DNA from: Takakia lepidozioides
Lineage: Eukaryota > Plantae > Bryophyta
DNA length: 64,000 nucleotides
Direction of reading: 5' to 3'
Assembly: GCA_030704615.1 (NCBI GenBank)
Contig: CM060732.1
Span: forward strand, 28,210,001-28,274,000
The notes under the pieces are model-generated. The model had not been told where the DNA came from. It worked only from the letters and a program-made list of their open reading frames with translations, and did not search any database. A program made the translations under genes and the position numbers. Each line of letters opens with the position of its first letter. The first letter of the stretch is position 1. Below are positions 24,560 to 36,840 of the stretch, in pieces.

Positions 24560-26920
24560 CTTTTTCTCTATGTATGATGTGAAGAAGTTTGTCCATCTTG
24601 CAAATGCGGGCTCTTGGCTCTTGTTAGACGTACCATGATTTTGTATTCTTCCTGATGTTTACAAGGTTCTTGGGAGAGTCAGGTTGGTCTTAGCAGGTCG
24701 TGTTTCAATCTCCGCTCGCTCAGCTGCACCGTGGTGGTTCTCATGGACCAATCTGCCATTACCAGACTACAGACACAAGTAGTACACACAAGAGGTCCGT
24801 ATGGGTTCATGGGGAGTCAAATCCTCCATGGGTCATGACACAAGGTTGAGGACAATGTGGTAAGGGCACCTTCTTCTTCGACCTATTTCAGAGCTTGCAT
24901 GAGTTTTTTTACCGATCCTTACCGATGGTGGGACAATCGCAATCGCAAGGTGTGGCTTTTCCTTAATGTAGGATGTGAAGAAGTTTGTCCATCCTACAAA
25001 TGTGGGCTTTTGGCTCCTGTTAGTACCATGATTTGGTATTCTTCCTGATGTTTACAAGGTTCTTGGGAGAATCATCTTGGTCTTAGCAGCCCGCTGATTC
25101 ATTTCCTGATTCAACCTATTTCAGCCTGTTTTGCCCTCTTATCAGACTCGGGCCTGATATGCATATTGAATTTTGTTAAGTTAGCTCGTTGGTGCAAGAA
25201 AGAGAGTCAGCTTGGTCTTAGCAGGCTGTGAGGGCACCTTCTTCTTCAACCTATTTCAGCATGTTTTGCCCTCTTATCAGACTCAGGCCTGATATGCATA
25301 TTGAATTCTGTTAAGTTAGCTCGTTGGTGCAAGAGAGAGAGTCAGCTTGGTCTTAGTAGGCCGTGATGGCACCTTCTTCTTCAACCTATTTCAGCCTGTT
25401 TTGCCCTCTTATCAGACTCGGGCCTGATATGCATATTGTAATCTGGAAAGAGGTCGACATGTTTGCAAAATGAAGGCCTTGCTTGGTGCCTGCAGAATCC
25501 ATTGCAATGTGGAGATGGCTAAACGTGCGGCATGAAGGTACCTTCTTCAACACATTTCACACTGTTTTTCCCTATTACCACAGTCCCTAAATTTTCATTT
25601 TGAATTCTGCAAGTTAGCTCGTTCGTGATGTGAGGTTGCATGAGTTTTATACCGATCTTTCACGATGGTGGGACAACCGCAATCACCAAGTGTGGCTTTT
25701 CTTAATGTACGATGTGAAGACGTTCGTCCATCTTGCAAAGGTGGGCTCTTGACTCCTGGAGTACCATGATTTGGTATTCTTCCTAATGTTTACAAGGTTC
25801 TTAGGAGAGTCAGCTTGCAGGTCTTAGCAGGTCGTGTTTCAATCTCTCCTTGCTCAGTTGCACCGTGGTGGTTCTCACAGACCAATCCGACATTACCTGA
25901 CTACAGACAAACAACACACACAAGAGGTCATTTTTGGGTTGATGGTCGGTCAAATCCTCCATGGGTCAAGGACAATATTGTAAGGGCACATTTCAGCCTG
26001 TTTTGCCCTCTCATCAGACTTGGCCCTGAGATGCATGTTGAATTCTGCATGGGTGATAAGTAGGGTTGGGTGTTTGCTGGAACAATTATAGGCTGTCATT
26101 GTCAGCTGCTAGCAGCAAGGGAAGGATGTATGCATGATTTGTGCAGAGCTTGGATAGCTGAGGAGCAGGGGTAGAGTCTAGTGGGTCCAGATTCATCCAA
26201 GAGGGCGGGACTTCAAGCTCACGATTACCTATAATTCTCTGTGGATCAATAGCTGCAAGAAACCTGCATGGATAGATGGTCAACTGGAAGCCGCAGTAAT
26301 AGCGGCACAATTGATAAAATCGGGCACTACTAATGAAGGCACCTTCTTCAACACATTTTCACCATGTTTTTCCCTCTTATCATAATTGGCCCTAAATTTT
26401 CATGTTGAATTATGCAAGTTAGCTGGTTGAGTGAACCTTTGATAGTTTGGAGTGACTTTGACATGGTACTGCCAATGTGACAACAGGGAAGTATCCAGAA
26501 ACAGGTTACAGCTGAGACGAGGAGAAGCTGTGGAATGAATACTTTTCTAACCCCAGTCCATGGTGGGACAATCGAGGCAAAAAGGTGAATGCCTGTTGGA
26601 TTATAGAGAGTAGCAGATGCAATTGACCACAGTGATAAGTTGAGTTGGGTGTTTCCTAGAACAAATCTAGGCTGTCATTGTTAGGTGCTAACAGTGAGGC
26701 AAGGATGTATGCATGATTTGTGCAGCGGCATGGATAGCTGAAGGAGCAGGGATAGAGTCTGGGTCCAGATTCATCCAAGAGGGCCGGACTTCAAGCTCCA
26801 GATTACCTATGATTCCATGTAGATCAATAGCTACAAGAAATCTGGTGCATGGGTAGATGGTCAACTAAAGGTAGCAACTGCAACGGCACAGTTGATAAAA
26901 TCAGGCACCTCAACCATGAC
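24560..26920. repeat. Mosaic of locally duplicated 100-350-bp blocks
   Basis: Repeated blocks include GCACCTTCTTC..TATTTCAGCCTGTTTTGCCCTCTTATCAGACTC and CAGCTGCACCGTGGTGGTTCTC, plus the duplicated 26060-26330 / 26635-26910 segment. The same blocks recur at 34940-35000 and 35680-36100. Confidence 0.75.
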
Positions 26921-26924
26921 CACA

Positions 26925-27220
26925 GTTTTTGAAAGAGGATCAAGAGAGGTGGTTGAACGAGATGTGGTGTTTTGGAGTGCCATGATTGCAAGGTATGTGC
27001 AGCATGGGTATGGGATTAAGGCTTTGGAAACCTAGGAGCAAATGATGTGGGAAGGGATGAAGCAAGACCAGGTCATATTCATTTGTGTTTGTAATATGCA
27101 TATGGGAGCCTAACAGCCCTGGGAAGGGGCAAAGAGGTTCATGGTGACATTATCAAAGCTGAAATTGTACCAGATATCATTCTGAACATTCCCCTAGTGT
27201 ACATCTACATCAAATGTGAG
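26925..27220 (+). pseudogene. PLS-class PPR gene fragment
   Basis: ERDVVFWSAMIARYVQHGYGIKALET*EQMMWEGMKQDQVIFI, then (frameshift) GSLTALGRGKEVHGDIIKAEIVPDIILNIPLVYIYIKC: S/P-L-S motif consensus with a stop and a frameshift. Confidence 0.8.
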
Positions 27221-30200
27221 CCTGGCAGCCCTGACCAAAGAAGAACATGAAGAGGGCTTACAATTTCATTCGCCCAGGCATAGACATTGCTGGCAATGAG
27301 AAGAAGGCAGGAAAGCAGTTCAGTGTTCCTAGCATGCATGCGGAGACACCGTATAGAAGTTAGGCTTAGACTTTTATCATGGCTGGATTTTGTTGACAAT
27401 GTTCCAGCACTTAACTCTCTGGGATTCTATTTTATTTTGTGGAGCTTGAATCTCCAATGGTACTTCTTTCACTACACTAGTGGTATGTGTTCCTCTAGTC
27501 ATGTTCATAATCACTTGCACATCACTGTAATAGTGGTATAATTTAAAACTGTGGGAGTAGCCAAATGCACACAATTGCCTATATTACCACTTGTATAGTG
27601 GTATAAGTAGTCACATTCTATTACTGTATTAGTGGTATGAATTCCTCCAGTGGTATTCCTAATCACTTATATACCACTCTGTTACTAATCACTCCAATCC
27701 ATAGTTCCCACTCAGAGAGACACCATGGATGACTCAAACAGCTTACACACCACTCTATGGGTAATCATTCCAATGACCTGCTGAGAGACCTCTATGGGTA
27801 ATCATTCCAATGACCTGCTGAGAGACGTCATCCACTGACATAACCACTCTGTGAGTGCTATTGTATATTATCAGTTTTCATAGCATGACTCTATGAGTCA
27901 ACAAAGTGGCTTAGTGTCTTTTACCACTCAAAATGAGTGGTTAACAGAGTGGTTATTCCGCATTTTTCTTCTAGTGTGAGCTTCCTGTACCTGTATGCGT
28001 GGAGAGAGAGTGATGGTCGGCATATTCAGTCATATAGTCTTGCATTGCATTTTCTCTGTTTCAGGTTGAACAGATTAGGGAAGTGGAATGGCGGTACCGC
28101 CAATCACTTTTTTTGAGACCATACTGTAGATTCATGTAGAGTATCGATTGCAAAGTACATTCCAGACAGACAAGAAATAGTGATTGTTTGTGACGATCAT
28201 CACAATGGAGTCTCTCTGACTTATCTGCACTCAATTTCTGCCCTAAACTAGAGCAAGTGTCGGTGCCGCCAATCACTAAGACATATATTTCATTGCACCA
28301 AACCGATCCAGTAGGTCCTTCAAATGTAATGTTTTTTTTATTGTTGTTAACGCCGTTCGCTAATGCTCAGAACCTCTCTGTAGATACAAATGGGAAAAGC
28401 ACATTAGTGTCTCCTGAGATCACAGATACCTAGGATGATTGCTGGAAGGATGTTAATGAGGAGTTCTAGCTGGGCCTCATGATGGGAAGAAACACCCAGC
28501 AATTCTACAACCACATGTTCTACGTCTGGGACGGCAACCACCGATTGCTGGCATGGATGGGATACATTCAGAAACATCATGCGAAAGACAAAGACAAGTA
28601 TGTTGTTGTAGAGGCAATGGTTTTGGATCCTGGAAACGACATCACTAGGCTTTCTTCTGCTATGCACGACGTGAACAAGTAAGTCATCCTACAGACTCCA
28701 TTACCTCTCCAATGTCTTGTTAATCCCACCAAAAAACGATGTTTACCAATGTATTGTTTTCAATCTTTTTGCAGATCGACAGAGAAATCGCATGTGACAA
28801 CAAGCTTGGTCTACACACTGTTTCGAATTCAGAGGATTGGTCTGATGAAGCTGGATGATTTTCGCACAGTACTCCACCCCGATATAATCAAGAAGTGCGA
28901 AACAGGAAGAACTGCAAGCACTTGGTATTCTTTGACTCGAGAGACGTTTCTGGAGTACATGTATGCGGTAAGGCCGAGCCTGTACTCACTTGTCTTTCTG
29001 AATACATGTTTGTATTCCGTTTTGTACTCATCCCTATTTGATTTGCAGCAAGAACTGGCAGAGGCAGCTGAGAAGGGGAAATCCAAATACTACCGCACTA
29101 CAACAGAGAACTTAGGACATCAAAGGGTGTGGAAGCAACAATAAAGAAGGAGTATGAAATCCGCAGAACCAAACTGATGTCCGCCTTCTCAAAGCAGCTT
29201 AGAATAGTAGATCCTGGCCTTGGAGATGAGTTCCTTCTGCAGATCAAATCTCACTATAACAAGCATGTGCACCCGGAGATGCAGCAGGAGAAATTGCACC
29301 GGCTGGCCATCTCCATGGTCGACCCCCAAACCAAAATAAGATGGCTGGAGATTTGGAACTCAGAGCAGACAGTGAAGGACTTGAATCAAGGGGATGCTTC
29401 CGCATGAGAGCGCGTGAGCGTGAGTGGGCTCACGCCACGTCATCAGTTATTGCTACGTTGGCTGACCGGTCTGACGCCACGTCAGCCGACCTCGCCAGCG
29501 CGCCCGACGCCACATCACGTCATGCCACATCATTGTCATAGGCATGGCCCTATAACCGCGGACCGAACATGCAAATGGGGGCCTATAGCCGCGGATTGCG
29601 CATTTGGCAGACATGGAACCATGTGTGGGCGACGAGGCGAGGTGCAGAAGAGAGTTTAGGGTTTGTTAGTGAATGTTGCAGAATGATAGAGACTGAAATG
29701 GTTGTGGATGTTAATGTCTAGGTCATCAGTCTACAATGATGATGAAATTTGCATTTCAGTCACTAGAACTATCCCTTGAAACTTGTGCAATATCATCGAC
29801 ATAAACCCGAGCTCCGAGGTGCATGTTGTGCTTTCGAGCACATGGGGGAGATAACATGAAACTCTGTTGACGAGCAATGGCCTTCGCGTAGTCGGGTAGG
29901 ATGAATGAACGTGGAGGGCTGCATCACAAGTCACTGTGAATAAAAGAGACGTCGACCAAAGGAATAGCTTCCAATATCCTGCCATCCAAAGAACCACAAT
30001 TGCATTAGCCACCATTAATGGGAAAGGGGGGGCCATTTTCACAGGAGAAATCGGATGCTTACAAAAACACAACTTACTCACATGCGAAATCGTCGTCCAA
30101 GACTTTGTCGTCCCCTTCGTTGATTTCCACATGCACTATACCCTACTGTTGTTGGGCGGCGGGCGCCGGCGCTGATGCTTCCAAGTTATGGAGGAGGTCA

Positions 30201-31699
30201 TTGAAAATGTCCGCATCCCCTTCCATACCAAACAAATGCCTGCCCGCTGCCTTGCAAGCATGGTATGAAGCTCCTGCAAGACAGAGTACTCTTAGGACAC
30301 GTATTAACAAATTTTGCACCAAGAAGAAAACACCGCAGCAGGTTCGGGGTGAAACCTGTGCCAAGAGGGAACAAGTCTCCACAATTGTTTGAATAAATGT
30401 TGGGCTCTTCTCCTTGGCCCCTCTCCATGGTGTGGAGTTGGACTTTCGTAAGCACACATTGGAATCCACGTAATTGTAGTGCATGTCGTCCACCACTGGA
30501 TCGAACTTATCGTTGATGAAAGAACCTCCCCCATGAAGCCTGAACTCCTTCACTGTTGTGGGAGTTGAAGCATGGTGCACTTTGACGAGGCAGATGGCCT
30601 CAAAAAGGCGGGTCTACACACAAGACAACATGAAGCACATATTAGTGAATAAAAAAAAAATCATATGGAAAGAACAGTGCTTGAAACCTCCAAAAATGAG
30701 TGCGTTGACACATTGATTTCTGTAGGGGTGAAATGGAACTTCAAATGAAGCAGGTAAGAGAAAGTTGATTACCATTTGTTTGGGACAGTCGCCCTTTGTC
30801 AAATACAAGCTGTTCACACCATTCCACGTTTTGATGATTTTCATCCCCGAGGCCTTCAGGTAGCTTGCAAGCTCCCGGCGACATTTTGTATTGACCGATT
30901 GGATCATTACAAGAACCCCTGCATCCGATAAAAAAAAATTGTAAAATGAAAATATCCACCGCCAATACCTCTCATCAAATGCATTCCATGTTGGGCAAGT
31001 GCATGTGGGTAAAATGTCCGGTACTGGCAGCCCATCCAGAATGTCCACAATCACCATGTCCGCACAACATGGTTTCAGAGAACCATTGACCCAACATTGC
31101 CCTTTCGAAACCTGAAAACAGACCCCGGGGGGTGCACTCCTCATTAAATGTACCAGCCACGTGCGTGCACAGGAGGGGGTATTTTAAACCCCCCCATGTA
31201 CAACATTATACATACAGAGGGGGGTTTAAAACACCTTAAATATAATTTTACAGGAGGGGGTTGTTGAGTTTTTAGGGATAGTGTAGTGGTAAGAATGGCG
31301 ATTCTGCCGTGATGCATCCCGGGATCGAATCGTGGAATCGTCGTTTTGTATGTTTGTTTTTTTTTTTTTTTTTTTTTTCGCTCCACGATCTTTCTCCCCT
31401 GACCTCCCGCGGCTTTCTCTTTTCTTTCTCCTCCTCTCCCGCGTTCGCCTTCCCTTCCACGGGCTTTCTCTTTTTCCTCCTCTCCTCTCCCCTCCTCTCC
31501 ACAGGGCATGGTAGGACAATGTGGTGAGGGCACCAGAATGTGGTGAGGGCACTGACTTGGGAGAAGGTTTGAGGTTGTGATGTATGTAGAGGGCAGGAAT
31601 CGAAGGGGATGAAGTAAGTGCGCGGGAATGTGGGGCAGGCCTGGGCTGATCGGTGATGATATGCGGGTGTGGTGGCGGATTGTTGTGCAGCAATGACAG

Positions 31700-34500
31700 G
31701 AGGACATGGGCATCAAGATTCCCAGTCATCAGAGGTAATGAGCACATTAGGCCTATTTTCTTTCCTAATAATGATTGGTGTGACACAATGGTTGTACTCA
31801 CTGTATCAGGCCTATTCTCATCCTTATTGAATCCAAACAGCCAGAGGGACAAGATGCCCCTAAGTGTACAGAACCTGAACGTCCTGAATCTGAAGGATTT
31901 GGTACTCAAGAGTTTACACAAGACGAGCAAAATCTACACATGGGGTAACTGTCCCCCCTTTGCAGAACGGTTGGGCGTCCAGGAGCAATCCCAAGCTACC
32001 TAGACGACAAACAATTCACATGCAAAGGGCTGGCTTGCGGCTGGCCACTTTCAACTTCTCAGGGCTTACTAACCAAAGGAAACAACTCGAAGTGGGACAA
32101 GTCCTTCGGACTAATGATATTCATATCTGTGCTGGGCAAGAAACATGGGAAACTTCGGATAAACTGGTTGGAGATGTCAATGGTTATAAATGGGCAGGTA
32201 GGATGTGTACTCTCAAGGCAGCCTCTGCCAAACGCGGTCAAAAAGGGGTTGGATTCTTTATCCGTGATTTCTTGTTTGATAATTGTGAAATTATCAACAA
32301 GGGTTTGAGGTACGAACATAGTATCTGGCTAAAACTGAATCTGAAGGGCGGCATGAGTACGAAGGACCTCTTTGTGGGTTGTGTTTACATGCCCACAGAG
32401 GGGACCCTTAGTGCTGACGCAGACAAAGCCTTCGAAGATGTAAAGCTGGACTGTGCTTCGTTCCTTGCCAAAGGTCAGGTAGTGCTATTGGGTGACTTCA
32501 ATGCCCGGGTGGGCAAAGGGCTCCATCAGGACGATATCATTGGGCCTTTTGGTGAGGACGAGCCCTCTATAAAGAGTGCTGCAATTTGAAAACCAACAGA
32601 GAATTGTGGGCGAGGCACTATCAGCTCCGGAAAGATATCAATCAGCTTGTTAGGTCTCAGAAGAAATTATACTGGGATAAGTTATACAGTGAAATAAACT
32701 CAAACCACCATGGTGGTAATGACAAGAAATTATGGTTGGCCCTTCAACGTTTGTACAAGCCTAAAAACGGTCAGCAAGTACAAGCGCTGAAGACTACTAA
32801 AGGTGCAGTGGTGACTTCATCGGTTGACATTGTCAAAACCTTTGAAAATCACTACAGTATCCTTGGCAGAACTTCTAGGTCTAACAGTGAGGGGTCTTCT
32901 GCTGAATGGAGGGACACAGTTGGAAAAATTGTTCCTATGATTCAAAACAGCCCTGATGAACTGGAGTATATTTTAATGGCTTATAACGCTCCCATTAGTT
33001 CTTCTGAGATTGTGGAAGCAATTGAACATTTAAATGGATATAAAGCTGGTGGACCTGATGGTATTGTCAACGAGCTTATCAAGCACGGTGGCGATCCCAT
33101 GATAGAGGCCCTAGTTCTCCTCTTTAACCTTATCTGGAAGACTGAAATGATCCCCTTTCGCTGGCGACAGGGGGTCATTGTCAGTCTATACAAGAAGGGT
33201 GACAGAGAAGAACCGGGGAACTACCGTGGCATCACACTCAGGAGTTGATTAATTGCGCAAAGAGATACTTTGATCTTTGGGGGCTAGAGGCTAATGTTAG
33301 CAAATGTGCAGTGGTAGCATTCAACGACAGAGGAGAGGGAGGAAGTGATCTTAAGTGGTAGTGGGGTAGCCAAGAGATCCCGGTCCTCCCTTCCTACACT
33401 TACCTGGGCGTTGAGTTTTCCTCCAATTGTTATTGGGATGCACATATCCGGAAAGTTGTTCGAACTGGCAAGGGCAAAGCTCTGGGGCTCACTAATTTTT
33501 TCCACTGCAGAGGGGTCATCTCTGAGGTTAAGAAAACCATGCTTTGTCGCGTTATTAGACCTGCCTTGGAGTACGGATCTGCTATATGGGTTGATAACTC
33601 CAAGCAGGCTAAGTCTCTAGAATCCATTCAAGTGGGGGTGCTTAAGGAGTGTATGTCAGCATGCTCCAAAACAGCCAATGTGGCTGTTCGGGGTGAGTTT
33701 GGCATTCCATCCTTAAGCTCCCGACGAGATGAATTCAAGGTCAGATGGTGGGGTCAGCTGCAACATATGCCCAACACCAGATATCCTAAGTTGATTGACT
33801 CTATATCTTGGAAACATGACCGCCCTGTCAAACAGGCTAAGTCCTGGCAGAAGAGAGTAGAAAAGATTCTCAAGGATCTGGACCTGGATCCGCAAGTCTT
33901 GACCCTGCTGGATAAATCTGCCTTAGAGGTTGTAGTGTCTGAGGCCATGTCTGTTGCCATGAGATTGTCTGATGAAAATGAAGTTAGGCAGAGAACTTCC
34001 CTAAACTTGTTTCCAGTCAGTGACATGGGGGTGGACATCTTGGATGACCTCAAGGGTCTACCCACTCTCGGCACTAGAACTCAGGGCAAGAAGCCTACCT
34101 TTGAACAGCAAACAGAAGCAGAGAGGAAAGGGAGAGTGCAATTGTCCGTTGTGTGGGCAATCTGAAGACAATATTCATTTTCTGATACGCTGTCCGGGTT
34201 CTCTCACCAAAGAGAGGCTCTCTTCAATTCTATCAAGGGAATTGTGCCTGTACCCCTGTTTACCAACTTTGAAAGTCTCGAGGCTGAGCCAAAAGCCCAG
34301 GCCCTCCTGAGGCCTAGTTTTTGGGCAAATCACACACAGCAGATTGATGCTTGTGTGAAGGGTTTTCTAGAGGATATCTGGAAAACCCGGATTAATTCCT
34401 TATACGATGGTAAGTCTTACTACCAACGTCAGCCCTGTTCCTTTTGTTCCCACTGAAACTGGGCACGGGGTCAATGGCCACAAGGCTACGGCAAACAACG
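31700..34500 (+). mobile_element. Internally deleted APE-type LINE (RTE/RTEX-like by inference)
   Basis: APE: LRLATFNF...AGQETW...CVYMP...LGDFNARVG (31960-32560). RT N-part KAGGPDGI...LYKKGDREEPGNYRGITL (32586-33248). C-part IRPALEYGSAIW and CPLCGQSEDNIHFLIRC. The YADD core is missing. Confidence 0.85.
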
Positions 34501-34989
34501 TCTTATGAGTACAATCTCATCCTTATCATCCCTCGCCTTTTGGAAAATTCCAGCCATAATTGAAGGGCAATTGGTTGTTGTACTTAACTGCACAAATGTT
34601 CCCCTTTCTGTTGGAATGAGCCGCACGTCCTTTCCATGCTCACATACCCTTTCTTCTTCCTGCAGGATCCTTTGCCCAGCCCTGTTATTTCTATCATTTG
34701 TGCCATCCTCTTGGCGTTTCCACAGCCTCCCCTCATTGCCAGTGAAGTGTTTCTTTCTCTTCCCTTTGTCTTTAAAGACACTCCAACTGTTAGCTGCAGT
34801 ACCCTTCGCTGATTTCTTATTGCCTTTGACCTCATGTATGTTTTCAATCATGTTTGAAGGGTGATCACTTGCTGCCATATGCATGACTGTGTCCTTGACT
34901 GCTTCTCTTGTCTCAGTATGATGTTTAATTGTTGTCATGTCAGGCTGTGCTCAGCTGCACCGTGGTGTCTTCAAATGGATCAATTTTTC

Positions 34990-35665
34990 AGACACGGTCT
35001 TGCCAACTGAATGATGCAGGTTCACTTGGGAGAGTGCACTCCCCCTTTCCTCTCTGCTTCTGTTTCATGTTCAAAGGTAGGCTTCCTTCCCTGAGTTTAA
35101 ATTTCAGTCTAGTGCCAAGAGTGGGTGGACCCTTGAGGTCATCCAAGATGTCATCCCCCATGTTACTGACTAGAAACAAGTTCAGGGAAGTTTTATGCCT
35201 AACTTCATTTTCATCAGACAATCTCATGGCAATAGACATGGCTTTGGACACTACAGCCTCTAAGTCTGATTTATCCAGCAGGGTCAAGACTTGCGGATCC
35301 AGGTCCAGGTCCTTGAGAATCTCTTCTACTCTGGCCTTGGGAAAACACCTTTTGATCTCAGTCCAAAAAGTGGTCAGAGGTACCAATATCAGTTCTGTCG
35401 ATCAACACATTGGCACACTGGGGGAACAAATTTTTGTCCATTATGATATAGTCCACAATGGAACGTTCCCCAGTTTGGGATTTCTCACGAGTCCACTGCA
35501 CTTGGTCACCTCTTGTCTTGTTAATCAAGGTCAAAAGCTGAAGCTCTTCCAGATAGTTAATTAACCGTCTGCCATTAGAATTCAGCTCGTCCTCACCAGA
35601 AGACCCAATGATATCGTCCTGATGGAGCCCTTTGCCCACTTGGGCATTGAAGTCACCCTACAATA
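34990..35665 (-). mobile_element. Second, inverted fragment of the same LINE
   Basis: APE end (GKGLHQDDIIG...SIVDYI...TSDHF) is fused directly to a C-terminal segment nearly identical to 33850-34140. Confidence 0.85.
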
Positions 35666-36104
35666 GCACCACAGAGATGAAGAGAAGCTTTGGAATGAGA
35701 CACTTTTCTGACCCCAGTCAATGGTGGGACAATGTGGGTGGATGGTCAACTGGAAACAGCAGCGGCAACAGCGCAATTGATAAAGCAAGGCACTGTTGAT
35801 GAAAGGTACCTTCTTCAACGTATTTCAGCCTGAGGGCACCTTCTGGTTTGACCTGTTTCAGCCTGTTTTTCCCTCTCATCAGACTCAGCCCTGAAGCATA
35901 TGTATTGAATTCTGTAAGTTAGCTCGTTGGGTGGATCTGCGGTGCTCTGGAGTGACTTTGCAAGTTGTTGCCGAGGTGGTAGCATGACAGTACCTAAAAA
36001 AAGATAATAGATAGAACAAGGGACTGCCTATGATTCCATGTGGAATGATAGCTACAAGAAACCTGGATGGGTAGATGGTCAACTGGAAGCCACAGTAGTA
36101 GTTT

Positions 36105-36840
36105 GATCAATGGAGGATGTTTTGAGCCAACCTTTGGATGATCATGCGGAAGAGGTACTTGTTCAAAGTGAATTGAGACATACTCTGGATGCTGTCATTG
36201 ATGAGTTTGAACAAGAGAAAGATGGATCGAAGGCAGTGGTTCCATTTGTCAAAGTAGACGGGAAGACCATATTCAAAAGCACTTTGGTTAGCCAACTCAA
36301 TGGCAACCCTACTCTATCCAAGGATAGATTGACACGAGTAAGAAGTGCATCGATGTTGTTTTGCCGAGAAAACAAACCAACTACCAGCAACAAAGCCACG
36401 AGCTTGGGATTGGGTTCGGATTGTGCTGTATTTTTTGTTGATGGGGAGACTACGATCCAAACTACAAACATGAAAAGTAGACCAGGGAAAACCTGCAGAG
36501 GAGCAACCAAAGGCACTTGGTATTTGGGCAGGGTTCAAAGAATGCGGAAGAAAATCATAAGCGGTTTGTAGAATGTAGGGATTATGTTGATTTATTGGAG
36601 TATCCTTCTCATATGGAGATTGGGTTAGCATGGTACCAAAAAATTCGACGAGGGGTCTATACGTACGATTTGACGGATAACATGATGGTTGATTTGGATT
36701 CCATTATCGCGTTAGCATGTTTAAAGTACAATGTCAAGTCAAACACATATGTTCTTGATGCAAATGACCGAAAAGTTTTTGACAACTTTATCAAAGGCAA
36801 ATTTTTTTTAATTAATTTGTTAGATTTTATTATGTTTTAA
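36105..36840 (+). pseudogene. 3' remnant of the native ORF of the CCCGGG-TIR element (unknown protein)
   Basis: Two overlapping ORFs (36110-36571, 36517-36840) joined by one frameshift give a protein-like sequence, IFKSTLVSQLNGNPTLSKDRLTRVRS...WYLGRVQRMRKK...DYVDL, ending ~265 bp before the right TIR. Confidence 0.55.

Larger units (their letters stand above)
12290..27976. mobile_element. Non-autonomous CACTA-like element (left end unresolved), interrupted by the Gypsy insertion
   Basis: Right terminus ...CATTTTTCTTCTAGTG at 27976 (reverse complement CACTAGAAGAAAAATG). Dense ACCACT/AGTGGT subterminal motifs at 27470-27960 and 12300-12950. The internal ~122-bp tandem repeat continues across the Gypsy insertion. 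Confidence 0.55.
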
